A DNA stretch of 53,663 nt from Dehalococcoidales bacterium (lineage in GTDB: Bacteria; Chloroflexota; Dehalococcoidia; Dehalococcoidales; CSSed11-197): assembly GCA_028716145.1 (NCBI GenBank), contig JAQUQL010000001.1, positions 1 to 53,663 on the forward strand, in the 5' to 3' direction. Under the pieces are notes generated by a model that was not told the origin of the DNA, ran no database searches, and saw only the letters and a program-made list of their open reading frames with translations. Numbering within the stretch: position 1 is the stretch's first letter; each line of letters opens with the position of its first letter. A program made the translations under genes and the position numbers. Shown here in pieces: positions 20,040-29,815 of this stretch.

Positions 20040-20773
20040 CCCAGGTTCATACCCAGATCCCTGATTACATGCTGCTGTATTTGAAGAAGCTCATTGATAC
20101 CTTTTTGAGCAAGATCAAGCATCTCATCCATCTGCTCCCGGCTGAAAGGCTTGGTTTCAGCGGTTCCCTGTATTTCCACAAGCTCTCCTGATGAAGTCAT
20201 GACGATATTAAAATCCACCTCGGCACCGGAGTCTTCATCGTAATTTAAATCCAGCAGCAGCCGCCCTTTTGATATTCCAACACTGGTTGCAGCAACTGCC
20301 TCTTTCAGGAACATGTTATTGACCAACCCCATCCTGGACATATTATAGATAGCCTGGTAAAGAGCGATATATGCTCCGGTGATGGCAGCCGTTCGGGTAC
20401 CGCCATCGGCCTGGATGACGTCACAATCTAGTGTTATAGTACGCTCTCCCAGTTGAGCCAGTTCGGTCACCGCTCTCAATGATCTTCCGATGAGGCGTTG
20501 AATCTCCTGGTTGCGACCAGATACTCTTCCAAAAAAACCATCCCGGGAAGTGCGAACCACCGTTGATCTTGGTAGCATGGAATATTCCGCAGTTACCCAG
20601 CCACTGCCGCTTCCCCGCAAAAACTGGGGGACCCTGTCCTCGACCGTCGCAGTGCAGGCTACCATAGTGTTGCCAACTTCGATTAAAACCGAACCTTCAG
20701 CAAATTTTTGAAACCCCGGGGTTATCTTTACCGGGCGAAGTTCATTCCAGTCTCTTCCATCAATACGTCTCAT
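20036..20773 (-). CDS. rph: Ribonuclease PH
   Basis: 245 aa showing RIDGR..ELRPV, GWVTAEYSMLP and DCDVIQADGGTRTA. Its stop overlaps the proA stop (TTAA). Confidence 0.92.
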   Translation of the reverse strand: MRRIDGRDWNELRPVKITPGFQKFAEGSVLIEVGNTMVACTATVEDRVPQFLRGSGSGWVTAEYSMLPRSTVVRTSRDGFFGRVSGRNQEIQRLIGRSLRAVTELAQLGERTITLDCDVIQADGGTRTAAITGAYIALYQAIYNMSRMGLVNNMFLKEAVAATSVGISKGRLLLDLNYDEDSGAEVDFNIVMTSSGELVEIQGTAETKPFSREQMDEMLDLAQKGINELLQIQQHVIRDLGMNLG

Positions 20774-20803
20774 AAGATACCTTTCTTTTCTAGGATCGTA
20801 AAA

Positions 20804-20812
20804 AGTATAGCA
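20804..20812 (-). promoter_or_regulatory. Extended -10-like element for rph
   Basis: The minus strand reads TGCTATACT about 30 nt upstream of the rph ATG, followed by an AAAGAAAGG ribosome-binding site. Confidence 0.35.
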
Positions 20813-20887
20813 TCATCAGCCTGCGGTACGCACAGCTTTGTATGCTCCTATGCATAAATAAGCTGGTTTTCAAAAGGGATTTCATCT

Positions 20888-21373
20888 TCAATACCCCTCC
20901 AAGTTTTCTAAATATTCGACCAGCCAGGTAAGAGCGGCGTCTGCAAAATAGTCTTTATTGGTTTCTCTTGTACCGGAAAAAACGTATCTCCGGACATGTG
21001 AATCGTGTGCATCTACAATAGCAATATAAACCAGCCCTACTGGTTTTTCGTTACTGGCGCCCCCTGGCCCAGCTATTCCTGTATCTGCTACACAGATATC
21101 AGCTTTTAATACGCGCCTTCCCCCTTGTGCCATTTGTATGGCAACCTGGCTGCTAACAGCTCCGTAGTTTACCAGAGTTTCAACATTAACCCCCAGGAGC
21201 TTTAATTTTATTTCATTGGAATATGCGGTAATGGACCCCATGTAATAAGCTGAGGACCCACTGACATTGGTTATACGGTGGCTTATAAGCCCACCGGTGG
21301 CAGATTCTGCAACCGCCAGCGTAAGACCTTTTTCAACTAACAGCTCACCCAGTTTTTCCTCTGGAGTACTCAT
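20888..21373 (-). CDS. CinA C-terminal domain protein (PncC-like nicotinamide-nucleotide amidohydrolase)
   Basis: 161 aa showing LAVAESATGGL and DTGIAGPGG motifs. Confidence 0.8.
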   Translation of the reverse strand: MSTPEEKLGELLVEKGLTLAVAESATGGLISHRITNVSGSSAYYMGSITAYSNEIKLKLLGVNVETLVNYGAVSSQVAIQMAQGGRRVLKADICVADTGIAGPGGASNEKPVGLVYIAIVDAHDSHVRRYVFSGTRETNKDYFADAALTWLVEYLENLEGY

Positions 21374-21466
21374 ATTAAACTCACGTAAAATTATAGACTA
21401 ACTTCCATAGTTTGTGTTAATATCGCCATACGTGGGCGTAATATTAATTTCAATCTGGAGGCTGCT

Positions 21467-21715
21467 ATGGCAACCATATGTCTATTGTTTAGCCTGTTTG
21501 GTCTGGCAACTGCGGTTACAGGAGTTCTAACTGCCCTCAATATTTTTCCGGCGTTTCTGGGAACAGATATCGCGTCCAGCCCCGCGCTTTTAACCGCTGT
21601 ATTCTGGTGGGCTGTTTCGGTGATTCTTTTACTGTCAGGAATTGCTTTTGGTGTTTATCAGTCCAGCGAAACCCGGGTTATAAGGTATGAAAGAGAACTC
21701 CCGCCTCAATCTTAA
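21467..21715 (+). CDS. Small membrane protein, two predicted TM helices
   Basis: 82 aa with two hydrophobic stretches and a GGAGG ribosome-binding site. No recognised family. Confidence 0.45.
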   Translation: MATICLLFSLFGLATAVTGVLTALNIFPAFLGTDIASSPALLTAVFWWAVSVILLLSGIAFGVYQSSETRVIRYERELPPQS

Positions 21716-21956
21716 AATTACCCCAAATGCCAGAGCCAATGAGTTCATCGGGGTTCAGGATGGAATTGTGTGTTTTAAAATCAAAGCGCCGCCAACTGAA
21801 GGCAAGGCAAACCAGGAACTGGTTAACTATCTAAGCCGTTTATTGGGAATACCCAAATCCAGATTAGAGATTATTCGTGGTCATACATCCAGAAACAAGG
21901 CAGTTGAAATCATCGGGCTGAGTGCCGAGGAAATATCCTTAAGGCTGGGTATTTAG
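21687..21956 (+). CDS. DUF167/YggU family protein
   Basis: 89 aa showing KIKAPPTEGKANQELVNYLSRLLGIPKSRLEIIRGHTSRNK, the YggU pattern. Confidence 0.75.
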   Translation: MKENSRLNLKITPNARANEFIGVQDGIVCFKIKAPPTEGKANQELVNYLSRLLGIPKSRLEIIRGHTSRNKAVEIIGLSAEEISLRLGI

Positions 21957-21959
21957 ACA

Positions 21960-21997
21960 AAAAGTAGCTCCGGCAACAAAAACCGGAGCTACTTTTT
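21960..21997. terminator. Bidirectional rho-independent terminator between the DUF167 gene and pepA
   Basis: Perfect 14-bp stem AAAAGTAGCTCCGG/CCGGAGCTACTTTT with a 9-nt loop and T-runs on both strands. Confidence 0.85.
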
Positions 21998-22007
21998 CTT
22001 ATTTATA

Positions 22008-23513
22008 TTACTTAATTTCTCTGCTCAACGCTTCTGCCAAATTAACAAGCGTTCGCGCAGGCACTCCGGTACCGCCTTTTGACCAGTATTTTCGGTCTTT
22101 CCCTATCATGGCAGTTCCGGCAACATCCAGATGAACCCAGGGGGTGGAATCAACAAATTCGCTCAAGAACAGTGCAGCGGTGATCGCTCCACCATCCCTT
22201 CCGCCAACGTTTTTAATGTCGGCCACATCACTCTTGTACTGCTCCTTGTACTCATCATACATTGGCATTTGCCACATGTATTCACCTGCTTTTTCGCCGG
22301 CTTGCTTTACCATTTCAACCAGTTCCTGGTTATTGGTAAAAGCACCGGTAGCAACTTCGCCCAATGCAATCACACACGCCCCGGTAAGTGTGGCTACGTC
22401 CACGATACGTTTTGCCCCGATTTTACCAGCATATGTGAGTACGTCTGCCAGTGTCATGCGGCCTTCTGCATCGGTCGATATTACCTCAATAGTTTTACCA
22501 GACATAGCTTTAACCACGTCTCCTGGGCGCTGTGCAGTACCGCTTGGCAGGTTTTCTACCGCAGCCACCAATGCTACTACATTGATCTTAAGTTTAAGTT
22601 CTGATATCGCTTTTATGGCAGAGATAACCGAAGCGCCACCAGCCATATCCATTTTCATGGCTTCCATTTTTTCGCTGGGTTTTATTGAAATGCCACCGGA
22701 ATCAAATGTAACCGCCTTGCCAACCAGCGCAAGGTCAATATCATCACCGGATGACCCCCTGTAGGTTAATTTTATAAACTTTGGGGGGTTATTTGAACCC
22801 TGGGCAACGGCCAGAACCGCCCTCATCCCAAGTTCTTCCATCTGTTCACGTTCAAAAACCTCGATCTCGAGATTATTTTCTTCACTTACCTTCTTCGCAA
22901 TAAGCACCATGTCAGCCGGTTTCATATAGTTTGCCGGCTCATTTACCATTTCTCTTGCCAGATTGGCTGATTCTGTGATTATGCGACCTGTTTCAAGGCC
23001 TGCCGTGACTTCATCTTTTTCAATATCCCGGGCAACCAGGTTTACTGCTTCAATACCGTTACCATCATCATCTGAAGTAAAGTACTTTTTAAAACTCCAT
23101 GACCCAAGGCCAGCCCCTTCAGTAATTAACTGTGCAACAAGCCCGGTATCCAGACCAGTAATTTCTTTATCTGGTACTGCAAAGGAAACATCTTTAACTC
23201 CTTTTTTTGCCAGCATTTTACACGCACTGGAAGCAGCCTGACGGATAAAGTCTTGCCGGAATTGCTGCTGCTTGCCTATTCCGCAAACAACCACTCTTCC
23301 CGGGGCAATTTTTGTGCCGGTATGAATAACGGTAACCTCTCCGATTTTACCTTTTATTTCACCGCTATCAACAAGCAACTTTATAGCACCACCCAGCTGC
23401 TTGTCTATTGAATCAAGTAGCTGAGAGAGATTCTTGTTATCCTGAAAACAAAAAACTGCCAGAGCTCCGGTTTTAATGTCCATAGGGGGTTTGGTAATAA
23501 CTTTGTATAACAT
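22008..23513 (-). CDS. pepA: Leucyl aminopeptidase (M17)
   Basis: 501 aa showing VGKAVTFDSGGISIKP, MKMDMAGGA and STDAEGRMTLAD. Confidence 0.92.
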   Translation of the reverse strand: MLYKVITKPPMDIKTGALAVFCFQDNKNLSQLLDSIDKQLGGAIKLLVDSGEIKGKIGEVTVIHTGTKIAPGRVVVCGIGKQQQFRQDFIRQAASSACKMLAKKGVKDVSFAVPDKEITGLDTGLVAQLITEGAGLGSWSFKKYFTSDDDGNGIEAVNLVARDIEKDEVTAGLETGRIITESANLAREMVNEPANYMKPADMVLIAKKVSEENNLEIEVFEREQMEELGMRAVLAVAQGSNNPPKFIKLTYRGSSGDDIDLALVGKAVTFDSGGISIKPSEKMEAMKMDMAGGASVISAIKAISELKLKINVVALVAAVENLPSGTAQRPGDVVKAMSGKTIEVISTDAEGRMTLADVLTYAGKIGAKRIVDVATLTGACVIALGEVATGAFTNNQELVEMVKQAGEKAGEYMWQMPMYDEYKEQYKSDVADIKNVGGRDGGAITAALFLSEFVDSTPWVHLDVAGTAMIGKDRKYWSKGGTGVPARTLVNLAEALSREIK

Positions 23514-23547
23514 TCTTTCTCCTTTGTGGTATTTTCAGCTGCCTTAT

Positions 23548-23556
23548 ATTCTAACA
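23548..23556 (-). promoter_or_regulatory. Extended -10-like element for pepA
   Basis: The minus strand reads TGTTAGAAT about 34 nt upstream of the ATG, followed by an AAAGGAG ribosome-binding site. Confidence 0.35.
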
Positions 23557-23566
23557 CCACAGATGT

Positions 23567-23594
23567 GTGAGTCCAATCATAATTGGATCCTCAC
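23567..23594 (-). terminator. Hairpin downstream of thiC (possible terminator, no clear U-tract)
   Basis: GTGAG-TCCAAT/ATTGGA-(2 nt bulge)-CTCAC stem with a 4-nt loop, 23 nt past the thiC stop. Confidence 0.3.
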
Positions 23595-23616
23595 CTATGT
23601 TTGGTAAGAAAAATAT

Positions 23617-24912
23617 TTATCCGCATTGTTGAGATGAATCGACATATTCACTGGCAAGCTTCATGGCACAAAAGTCACCACACATGGTACAAGCCGTTCC
23701 GCCGGTTTTTACTCTGCTTCGTACCTTTTCGAAATGAACCGGGTCCAGTGCACAGGCACGTTGAGCTTCCCAATCCAGGTTCTTGCGGGCACATGACATT
23801 TTCAGATCTCTCAGGCTGGCGCCTTTAACACCCTTAACCATATCAGCAGCATGGGCAGCTATACGTGAGGCAATCACACCATTTTTAACGTCTTCTACAT
23901 CAGGAAGAGCAAGATGCTCAGAAGGAGTTACATAGCACAGAAAATCTGCTCCTGCTGCTGCGGCAATAGCCCCTCCGATTGCTCCAGTTATATGATCGTA
24001 TCCAGCAGCTATGTCGGTCACCAGAGGCCCAAGCACATAAAAAGGGGCTTTATGACACAATTGCTTTTCCAATTTTATATTGGCTTCTATATGATCAAGC
24101 GGCAGATGCCCCGGCCCTTCTACCATTACCTGCACTCCGGCTTCTCTGGCACGTTTCACCAATTCCCCCAGAACCATAAGTTCAGCAACCTGAGCGCTAT
24201 CAGTGGCATCAGCAGTGCAGCCCGGGCGCAAACCATCCCCTAATGAGAGGGTCACATCATACCTACGTGCTATTTGGAGCAACCGGTCATACTGTGCATA
24301 CAATGGATTTTCCTGCTGGTTAAATTTAACCCAACCTGCCAGAAATGACCCGCCGCGGCTTACGATACCGGCTACTCGGGGGTTGGCTTCCAGCACCTGA
24401 AGCACATGACGAGTTACGCCGCAATGCACTGTGACAAAATCTACTCCGTCAGCAGCATGTTCCTCGATAGACTCAAAAATATCATCCGCGCTCATCTTTA
24501 CAATAGCACCGCGCGTTTTGATGGCTTTTATAGCGGCCTGATAAACCGGAACCGTTCCAAGTGGAATTGTAGACCTTTGTATAATTTTGCGCCTTATGGC
24601 TGAAATATCGCCACCGGTGCTCAGATCCATGACTGCATCAGCACCCGCTTCCACGGCAGCATCAAGCTTTTCCAGCTCAGCCTCAACCGAGCTTATATCG
24701 GAAGAGGTGCCGATATTCGCATTTACTTTCGTTGAAAGGCCGTCTCCAACTCCTCTGGGTTCGAGGTTTTTGTGTGCAGGATTGGCCGGTATAACAATAG
24801 TACCGCAAGCAACCTTATCCCGGATATATTCGCCGTTCAACCCTTCCTGAAGGGCTACTTTAACCATTTCCGGGGTGACAATACCATTTCTAGCTTGTTC
24901 CAACTGTGTCAT
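23617..24912 (-). CDS. thiC: Phosphomethylpyrimidine synthase ThiC
   Basis: C-terminal radical-SAM-type motif [11 protein letters not shown] and the conserved VMVEGPGH block. The track start (TTG 24933) lies inside the riboswitch terminator. The ATG at 24912 (MTQLEQ...) has AAGAGGAG upstream. Confidence 0.92.
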   Translation of the reverse strand: MTQLEQARNGIVTPEMVKVALQEGLNGEYIRDKVACGTIVIPANPAHKNLEPRGVGDGLSTKVNANIGTSSDISSVEAELEKLDAAVEAGADAVMDLSTGGDISAIRRKIIQRSTIPLGTVPVYQAAIKAIKTRGAIVKMSADDIFESIEEHAADGVDFVTVHCGVTRHVLQVLEANPRVAGIVSRGGSFLAGWVKFNQQENPLYAQYDRLLQIARRYDVTLSLGDGLRPGCTADATDSAQVAELMVLGELVKRAREAGVQVMVEGPGHLPLDHIEANIKLEKQLCHKAPFYVLGPLVTDIAAGYDHITGAIGGAIAAAAGADFLCYVTPSEHLALPDVEDVKNGVIASRIAAHAADMVKGVKGASLRDLKMSCARKNLDWEAQRACALDPVHFEKVRSRVKTGGTACTMCGDFCAMKLASEYVDSSQQCG

Positions 24913-24930
24913 ATTTCTCCTCTTAAATAA

Positions 24931-24970
24931 CAAAACCAGGGGCTGAGAAGTAAAACCCAGTATCCCTGGC
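24931..24970 (-). terminator. TPP riboswitch expression platform: hairpin plus U-tract
   Basis: The RNA reads GCCAGGG...(loop)...CCCCUGGUUUUGUUAUUU. The loop segment CUUCUCAGC can alternatively pair with the aptamer GCUGAGAG. Confidence 0.55.
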
Positions 24971-24974
24971 CTGA

Positions 24975-25062
24975 TGCCGACTTCCCTACGCTTGCATTAT
25001 CAAGATCAGGTACAAGGGTTGCCTTTTTCAAGGCTCTCAGCTTTGCTGCTCCCCTAGCCGTT
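24975..25062 (-). promoter_or_regulatory. TPP (THI-box) riboswitch aptamer
   Basis: The minus strand reads CUAGGGGAGC..GCUGAGAG..AACCCUUGUACCUGAUCUUGAUAAUGCAAGCGUAGGGAAG. This matches the conserved GGGG-CUGAGA-ACCCUU-ACCUGAUC-UAAU-GCGUAGGGA core upstream of thiC. Confidence 0.9.
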
Positions 25063-25116
25063 AGTTTAAATATAGCACATAACCCCCTTAAACCAAAAAT
25101 GAGACGGCCATGTATT

Positions 25117-25125
25117 TGCTATAAT
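25117..25125 (+). promoter_or_regulatory. Extended -10 element for rsmG
   Basis: TGCTATAAT lies 16 nt upstream of the rsmG ATG. Confidence 0.45.
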
Positions 25126-25141
25126 AAGGCTGAATAGAATT

Positions 25142-25858
25142 ATGCAACAGTTAATCGAGGCAGCCAATCACTTTGGTATCCAACTTAACAGCGTCCAGCT
25201 TGAGCAATTCCGGTTGTACCGCGATGAGCTTATAACCTGGAACAGGTCATTAAACCTTACAGCAATAAACACTCCGGAAGACATCGAACTGAAGCACTTT
25301 GCCGATTCCCTTTCCGTTTTACCCGCACTTGGAAAAGAAGCATTTGAAGGCTCGCCTGAGGTTATAGACATCGGAACCGGTGCTGGTTTTCCCGGTATTC
25401 CATTAAAAATTGCCTTTCCTTGCATACGTCTCACTCTGCTTGATTCAACTCAAAAAAAATTGAGGTTTATTGAACACATCACCACAAGGCTCGGCCTTGA
25501 AAATGCTTCTGTTGTTACCGGAAGAGCAGAAGAAATAGCCCATGACCCCTCTCACCGCTCTTGCTACCAGCTGGTTCTGTCCCGAGCAGTGGCAAAACTG
25601 CCAGCTTTGGCAGAATTGTGCCTTCCGTATTGCTCGGTAAATGGTTTGCTTGCGACTTACAAAAAGGGGGATATAAGCCAGGAAGTAGCCTCTTGCCAAA
25701 ACGCTGTAGAAATGCTCGGCGGCAAGATAAAAGGCTTATCTGAGGTAACGTTTCCCGGTCTTGCGGACGGACGGTTTATAGTAATCATGGAAAAAATTAA
25801 TCCCACGCCTTTAAAATACCCGCGCCGACCTGGTATTCCATTAAAAAACCCCCTGTAA
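25142..25858 (+). CDS. rsmG: 16S rRNA (guanine527-N7)-methyltransferase RsmG
   Basis: 238 aa with the SAM motif DIGTGAGFPGIPLKI and a GidB-type N-terminus. Confidence 0.88.
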   Translation: MQQLIEAANHFGIQLNSVQLEQFRLYRDELITWNRSLNLTAINTPEDIELKHFADSLSVLPALGKEAFEGSPEVIDIGTGAGFPGIPLKIAFPCIRLTLLDSTQKKLRFIEHITTRLGLENASVVTGRAEEIAHDPSHRSCYQLVLSRAVAKLPALAELCLPYCSVNGLLATYKKGDISQEVASCQNAVEMLGGKIKGLSEVTFPGLADGRFIVIMEKINPTPLKYPRRPGIPLKNPL

Positions 25859-25960
25859 GTGCCTGTAACAAGCCTTAACACAAAACCTGTTCTTGAATGT
25901 CCCAGCCAGGATATATAGAATATTACCAACAGGAATGATAATTTATTAAGGAAGTGATTT

Positions 25961-27502
25961 TTGAACAAGTTATCAACTGATGATCTCGCCGATCTGCTTG
26001 ACATCCTTCCTCCCCATATACATAAACCACTTGTGGAACAAAAGGATATCAATACTTTGATCGAAGTTGTAATGGACCTGGGCAGGCCTCCCAGTGCCCG
26101 TTTCCTCGAAGAAGAAGTCGACCTTTCTTCCCGTGAAGTTATACAGGAAGATATAGATTACGTAACCAACCGCATTGGTACTTTTGGAGATGATAACCGT
26201 GCCGGTATCGAGCGCACGCTCCATCGCATATCTGCCATACGCAACCGGGCAGGAAAAATTGTTGGCCTTACCTGCCGTGTTGGGCGCGCAGTATTTGGGA
26301 CGATAAAAGTAATTGAAGATCTTGTACAGAGCGGTAAAAGCGTTTTACTGCTTGGCAGGCCGGGTGTAGGTAAAACTACTATGCTACGCGAAGTTGCCAG
26401 AGTTTTATCAGACTGTGCCGGAAAGCGGGTAGTTGTAGTTGATACTTCTAACGAAATTGCTGGGGATGGAGACATCCCCCATCCTGCCATCGGCAGGGCA
26501 AGAAGAATGCAGGTGGTGACTCCTACCATGCAGCACGCAGTGATGATAGAAGCAGTAGAAAACCACATGCCGGAAGTGATCGTTATTGATGAAATTGGTA
26601 CTGAACTTGAAACGATTGCCGCCCGTACGATTGCTGAAAGAGGAGTCCAGCTGGTTGGCACTGCACATGGCAACACCCTTCAAAACCTCATGTTAAACCC
26701 CACACTTGCAGACCTTATAGGTGGTATACAGGCAGTTACCTTAAGCGACGAAGAAGCCAAACGCCGGGGCACCCAAAAAACTATACTGGAGCGCAAAGCC
26801 CCTCCAACCTTCAATATCATAGTAGAGATCCAGGACCGTAACCTGGTTGCTGTTCACAGTGATGTTACCGTAGCGGTTGACGGGCTTCTTCTGGGGCAGG
26901 AGATCCCGCATGAAATCCGCTCCCTCGATGAAGATGGTGAAGTTAAAATCGAGCGCATAACACCGGCAAAAACTTCCCGGAAAGGTTCCATAAAACCCTT
27001 ACCGGAACCTGCCCAGATTCACGGAGTTGTGGATATGTACCTCTTTGGCGTAAACCGTGAAAGGCTGGAAGCAACCGCTCACGAACTTCATATACCGATA
27101 AACATCGTAAGCAATCTCAATCAAGCCGATATATTAGTTACATCCAAAAGCTACTATCAACGCAAGCCGCAGAAAATCCGGGACGCTGAAGCCGCCAATC
27201 TGCCTATATATGTTCTTCGCAAACATTCCAGCTCTCAGTTCAGGCAATTTCTGCTTACTCTCGATAAGAAGAACCGTCTTTCAGAATCAACGGAACTGCC
27301 GATCACTGAAGTTGCGATCCGCGAGGCCGAAGAAGCCGTATCCCGCCTTAAAAATGGCGAAGAAACTATAGAATTGAGCCCGCGAAGTGCATATATACGC
27401 CGCCTTCAGCACCTTATAGCGGAAAGAAATCAATATCCCAGCCACAGCGTGGGAAGCGAGCCGCTCCGAAGGGTACGCATAACCAGGGAGGCCAATCATT
27501 AA
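25961..27502 (+). CDS. AAA ATPase (SpoIIIAA/ycf45-like) fused to a C-terminal R3H nucleic-acid-binding domain
   Basis: 513 aa with Walker A GRPGVGKTT, Walker B VIVIDEIG and an R3H-like C-terminus (YIRRLQHLIAE...). TTG start with an AAGGAAG ribosome-binding site. Confidence 0.75.
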   Translation: MNKLSTDDLADLLDILPPHIHKPLVEQKDINTLIEVVMDLGRPPSARFLEEEVDLSSREVIQEDIDYVTNRIGTFGDDNRAGIERTLHRISAIRNRAGKIVGLTCRVGRAVFGTIKVIEDLVQSGKSVLLLGRPGVGKTTMLREVARVLSDCAGKRVVVVDTSNEIAGDGDIPHPAIGRARRMQVVTPTMQHAVMIEAVENHMPEVIVIDEIGTELETIAARTIAERGVQLVGTAHGNTLQNLMLNPTLADLIGGIQAVTLSDEEAKRRGTQKTILERKAPPTFNIIVEIQDRNLVAVHSDVTVAVDGLLLGQEIPHEIRSLDEDGEVKIERITPAKTSRKGSIKPLPEPAQIHGVVDMYLFGVNRERLEATAHELHIPINIVSNLNQADILVTSKSYYQRKPQKIRDAEAANLPIYVLRKHSSSQFRQFLLTLDKKNRLSESTELPITEVAIREAEEAVSRLKNGEETIELSPRSAYIRRLQHLIAERNQYPSHSVGSEPLRRVRITREANH

Positions 27503-28134
27503 TGAATAATTCGTCTTTATTTATCACATTCGAAGGGCTTGACGGCTGCGGCAAAAGCCTTCAGGCCAGCCGACTTTCAGAGTATTTACAAAAAGCGGGC
27601 AGGGAGACTATCCTTCTTCATGAGCCGGGCTCAACACCTCTCGGTGAGGAGATCAGCCGACTGGTAAAATGGCACGAAGCAGGGCACCTCAGCCCTATAA
27701 CCGAACTTTTTTTATTTAATGCTTCACGCGCACAGTTGGTCCAGGACACGATCAAACCTGCTCTTGCCGGCAAGAAAAATGTTATCGTTGACCGGTTTAC
27801 CGATTCAACCCTGGTGTATCAGGGTTATGGGCGTGGGCTGGACCTTGAAATGATACGCCAGGTTAATGAAATCGCCTTACAAGGTTGCCAGCCTGATGTT
27901 TCCATTTTACTCGACGTGCCGATAGAAATAGCTGCCACTCGCCGCAAAAAAACCAGCGATCGGTTTGAAGCAGAGGATATATCTTTTCATCGCAAGATAA
28001 GATCCGGATACCTTGAACTGGCAGAAAACGAACCTGAGCGCTGGCTTGTTATAGATGGAACCCTTGATAAAGGCTTAATAACAGAAATTGTCACCGAACA
28101 AGTCATATGGCTCCTCGAATCCAAAGAGGTTTAG
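27502..28134 (+). CDS. tmk: Thymidylate kinase
   Basis: 210 aa with P-loop FEGLDGCGKS and DRF..S..YQG. Start overlaps the upstream stop (TAATG). Confidence 0.92.
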   Translation: MNNSSLFITFEGLDGCGKSLQASRLSEYLQKAGRETILLHEPGSTPLGEEISRLVKWHEAGHLSPITELFLFNASRAQLVQDTIKPALAGKKNVIVDRFTDSTLVYQGYGRGLDLEMIRQVNEIALQGCQPDVSILLDVPIEIAATRRKKTSDRFEAEDISFHRKIRSGYLELAENEPERWLVIDGTLDKGLITEIVTEQVIWLLESKEV

Positions 28135-28135
28135 A

Positions 28136-29167
28136 GTGGCTGGTTCTAAAGTCGCTGTAGCTCTCAGTGGAGGACTGGATTCTGCTGTAAGTGCTGCGTT
28201 GCTGCAAAAACAGGGGTATGAAATTTTTGGCGTAACCATGGATCTTTGCAAAGCCGGGTGTATATCGGTTGTTGAAGATGCTTGTAAAGTCGCCTCCCTC
28301 CTTCGCATACCACATCACGTAGTTGATTTCTCCGATGATTTTGAAGAGAGGGTTGTAACTCCGCTTTGTCATGGGTATGCCTCCGGGGAAACTCCAAATC
28401 CCTGCGTTTCCTGCAACCGTGATTTAAAGTTCGGTTTACTGCTTAACCATATTAAAAAACTTGGGGCTGATTATCTTGCTACCGGTCATTATGCCCGTAT
28501 AATAAACGTTGAAACTGGACACGCTTTATGTAAAGCTATAGACCCCATCAAAGATCAAACCTACTTTTTATACACGCTTAAATCTTCTGTTCTGGCCAGC
28601 CTGCTCTTCCCGGTAGGCCGCTTTTTAAAATGCGAGGTAGCAAAAATGGCTGAGGATTTTGGTTTGCCGGTTAGCCCGGACCGGGAAAGCCACGATATAT
28701 GCTTTATGGCTGGAAACAATTACCGCACGTTTTTAAAGAAGCGAATATCAACTTCCACCGGAAAGATATATGATATTAATGGCCGGGAAGTCGGTGAGCA
28801 CTCTGGCATATCCAACTACACAATTGGGCAGCGGCAGGGTATAAATCTTGGCCAATCAGAACGTCTTTATGTAATCTCAATTGACCCACAAACCAACAGC
28901 CTGGTTGTTGGCCCGGAAAGCTGCCTTTTTACCAACACCCTGAACGCCGGTGACCTGACCTGGATCTCTGGCTTCCCGCCGGACGATAACTTACAGCTAA
29001 AAGCAAAAATCAGGTACCAGGCTCCGGAAAGCACTGTGAAGCTCTTACCAGGCGTAGGTTGTATACAGGTGATCTTTGATACCCCGGTAAAAGCTCCTGC
29101 ACCCGGGCAGAGTATAGTTTTTTTCAATGGAGACAGGGTTCTTGGCGGTGGTATAATCCGTTCCTGA
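28136..29167 (+). CDS. mnmA: tRNA 2-thiouridine(34) synthase MnmA
   Basis: PP-loop VAVALSGGLDS, catalytic-Cys context PNPCVSCN and KDQTYFL. I prefer GTG 28136 (AAGAGG upstream, directly after the tmk stop) over the track TTG at 28088. Confidence 0.9.
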   Translation: MAGSKVAVALSGGLDSAVSAALLQKQGYEIFGVTMDLCKAGCISVVEDACKVASLLRIPHHVVDFSDDFEERVVTPLCHGYASGETPNPCVSCNRDLKFGLLLNHIKKLGADYLATGHYARIINVETGHALCKAIDPIKDQTYFLYTLKSSVLASLLFPVGRFLKCEVAKMAEDFGLPVSPDRESHDICFMAGNNYRTFLKKRISTSTGKIYDINGREVGEHSGISNYTIGQRQGINLGQSERLYVISIDPQTNSLVVGPESCLFTNTLNAGDLTWISGFPPDDNLQLKAKIRYQAPESTVKLLPGVGCIQVIFDTPVKAPAPGQSIVFFNGDRVLGGGIIRS

Positions 29168-29173
29168 TAAAAC

Positions 29174-29815
29174 ATGTTGAAAACAATACCCAGTTTTAGC
29201 TATGAATACTTATTTGAGGAGCAGGGTTATACCCTGATAGCAGGCGTTGATGAGGTCGGCCGTGCTCCACTAGCCGGGCCAGTTGCTGCCGGTGCAGTTA
29301 TTCTGGATATTTCTGCTCATGACGGCTGGCTTGAAGAAGTGCGTGATTCAAAACTACTCAGCGCCAGAACTCGCCAAAAGCTGGAAAGCGTTATCCAGCG
29401 TGAAGCGATCGCCTGGGGGGTTGGCATGGTCTCAAACGCTGACATCGATGATTTCGGAATTTCCCGTGCTACACGGCTTGCCATGAAAAAAGCTATCAGC
29501 CAGCTCGTGATAGAACCTCAGGCTATACTGATCGATTACATAAGACTGCCTGAAGTGAATCTGCCACAAATGGGTATCACCCATGGCGACAGCCTGTCTT
29601 TTTCGATAGCGTGTGCCTCTATAATAGCCAAAGTTGCCCGCGACCGGCTTATGGAGGAGATGGATGAACGTTACCCCGGTTACGGTTTCAGCCGTAATAA
29701 AGGCTACCCCACACGGGAACACCTTTGCTCGCTTGAAAATATTGGCCCTTGCCCTATCCACCGGCTATCATTCCATCCTTTAAAACCACAACTTGGTATC
29801 AATGATGACTTCTAA
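29174..29815 (+). CDS. rnhB: Ribonuclease HII
   Basis: 213 aa showing GVDEVGRAPLAGPV, DSK and ASIIAKV. Confidence 0.92.
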   Translation: MLKTIPSFSYEYLFEEQGYTLIAGVDEVGRAPLAGPVAAGAVILDISAHDGWLEEVRDSKLLSARTRQKLESVIQREAIAWGVGMVSNADIDDFGISRATRLAMKKAISQLVIEPQAILIDYIRLPEVNLPQMGITHGDSLSFSIACASIIAKVARDRLMEEMDERYPGYGFSRNKGYPTREHLCSLENIGPCPIHRLSFHPLKPQLGINDDF

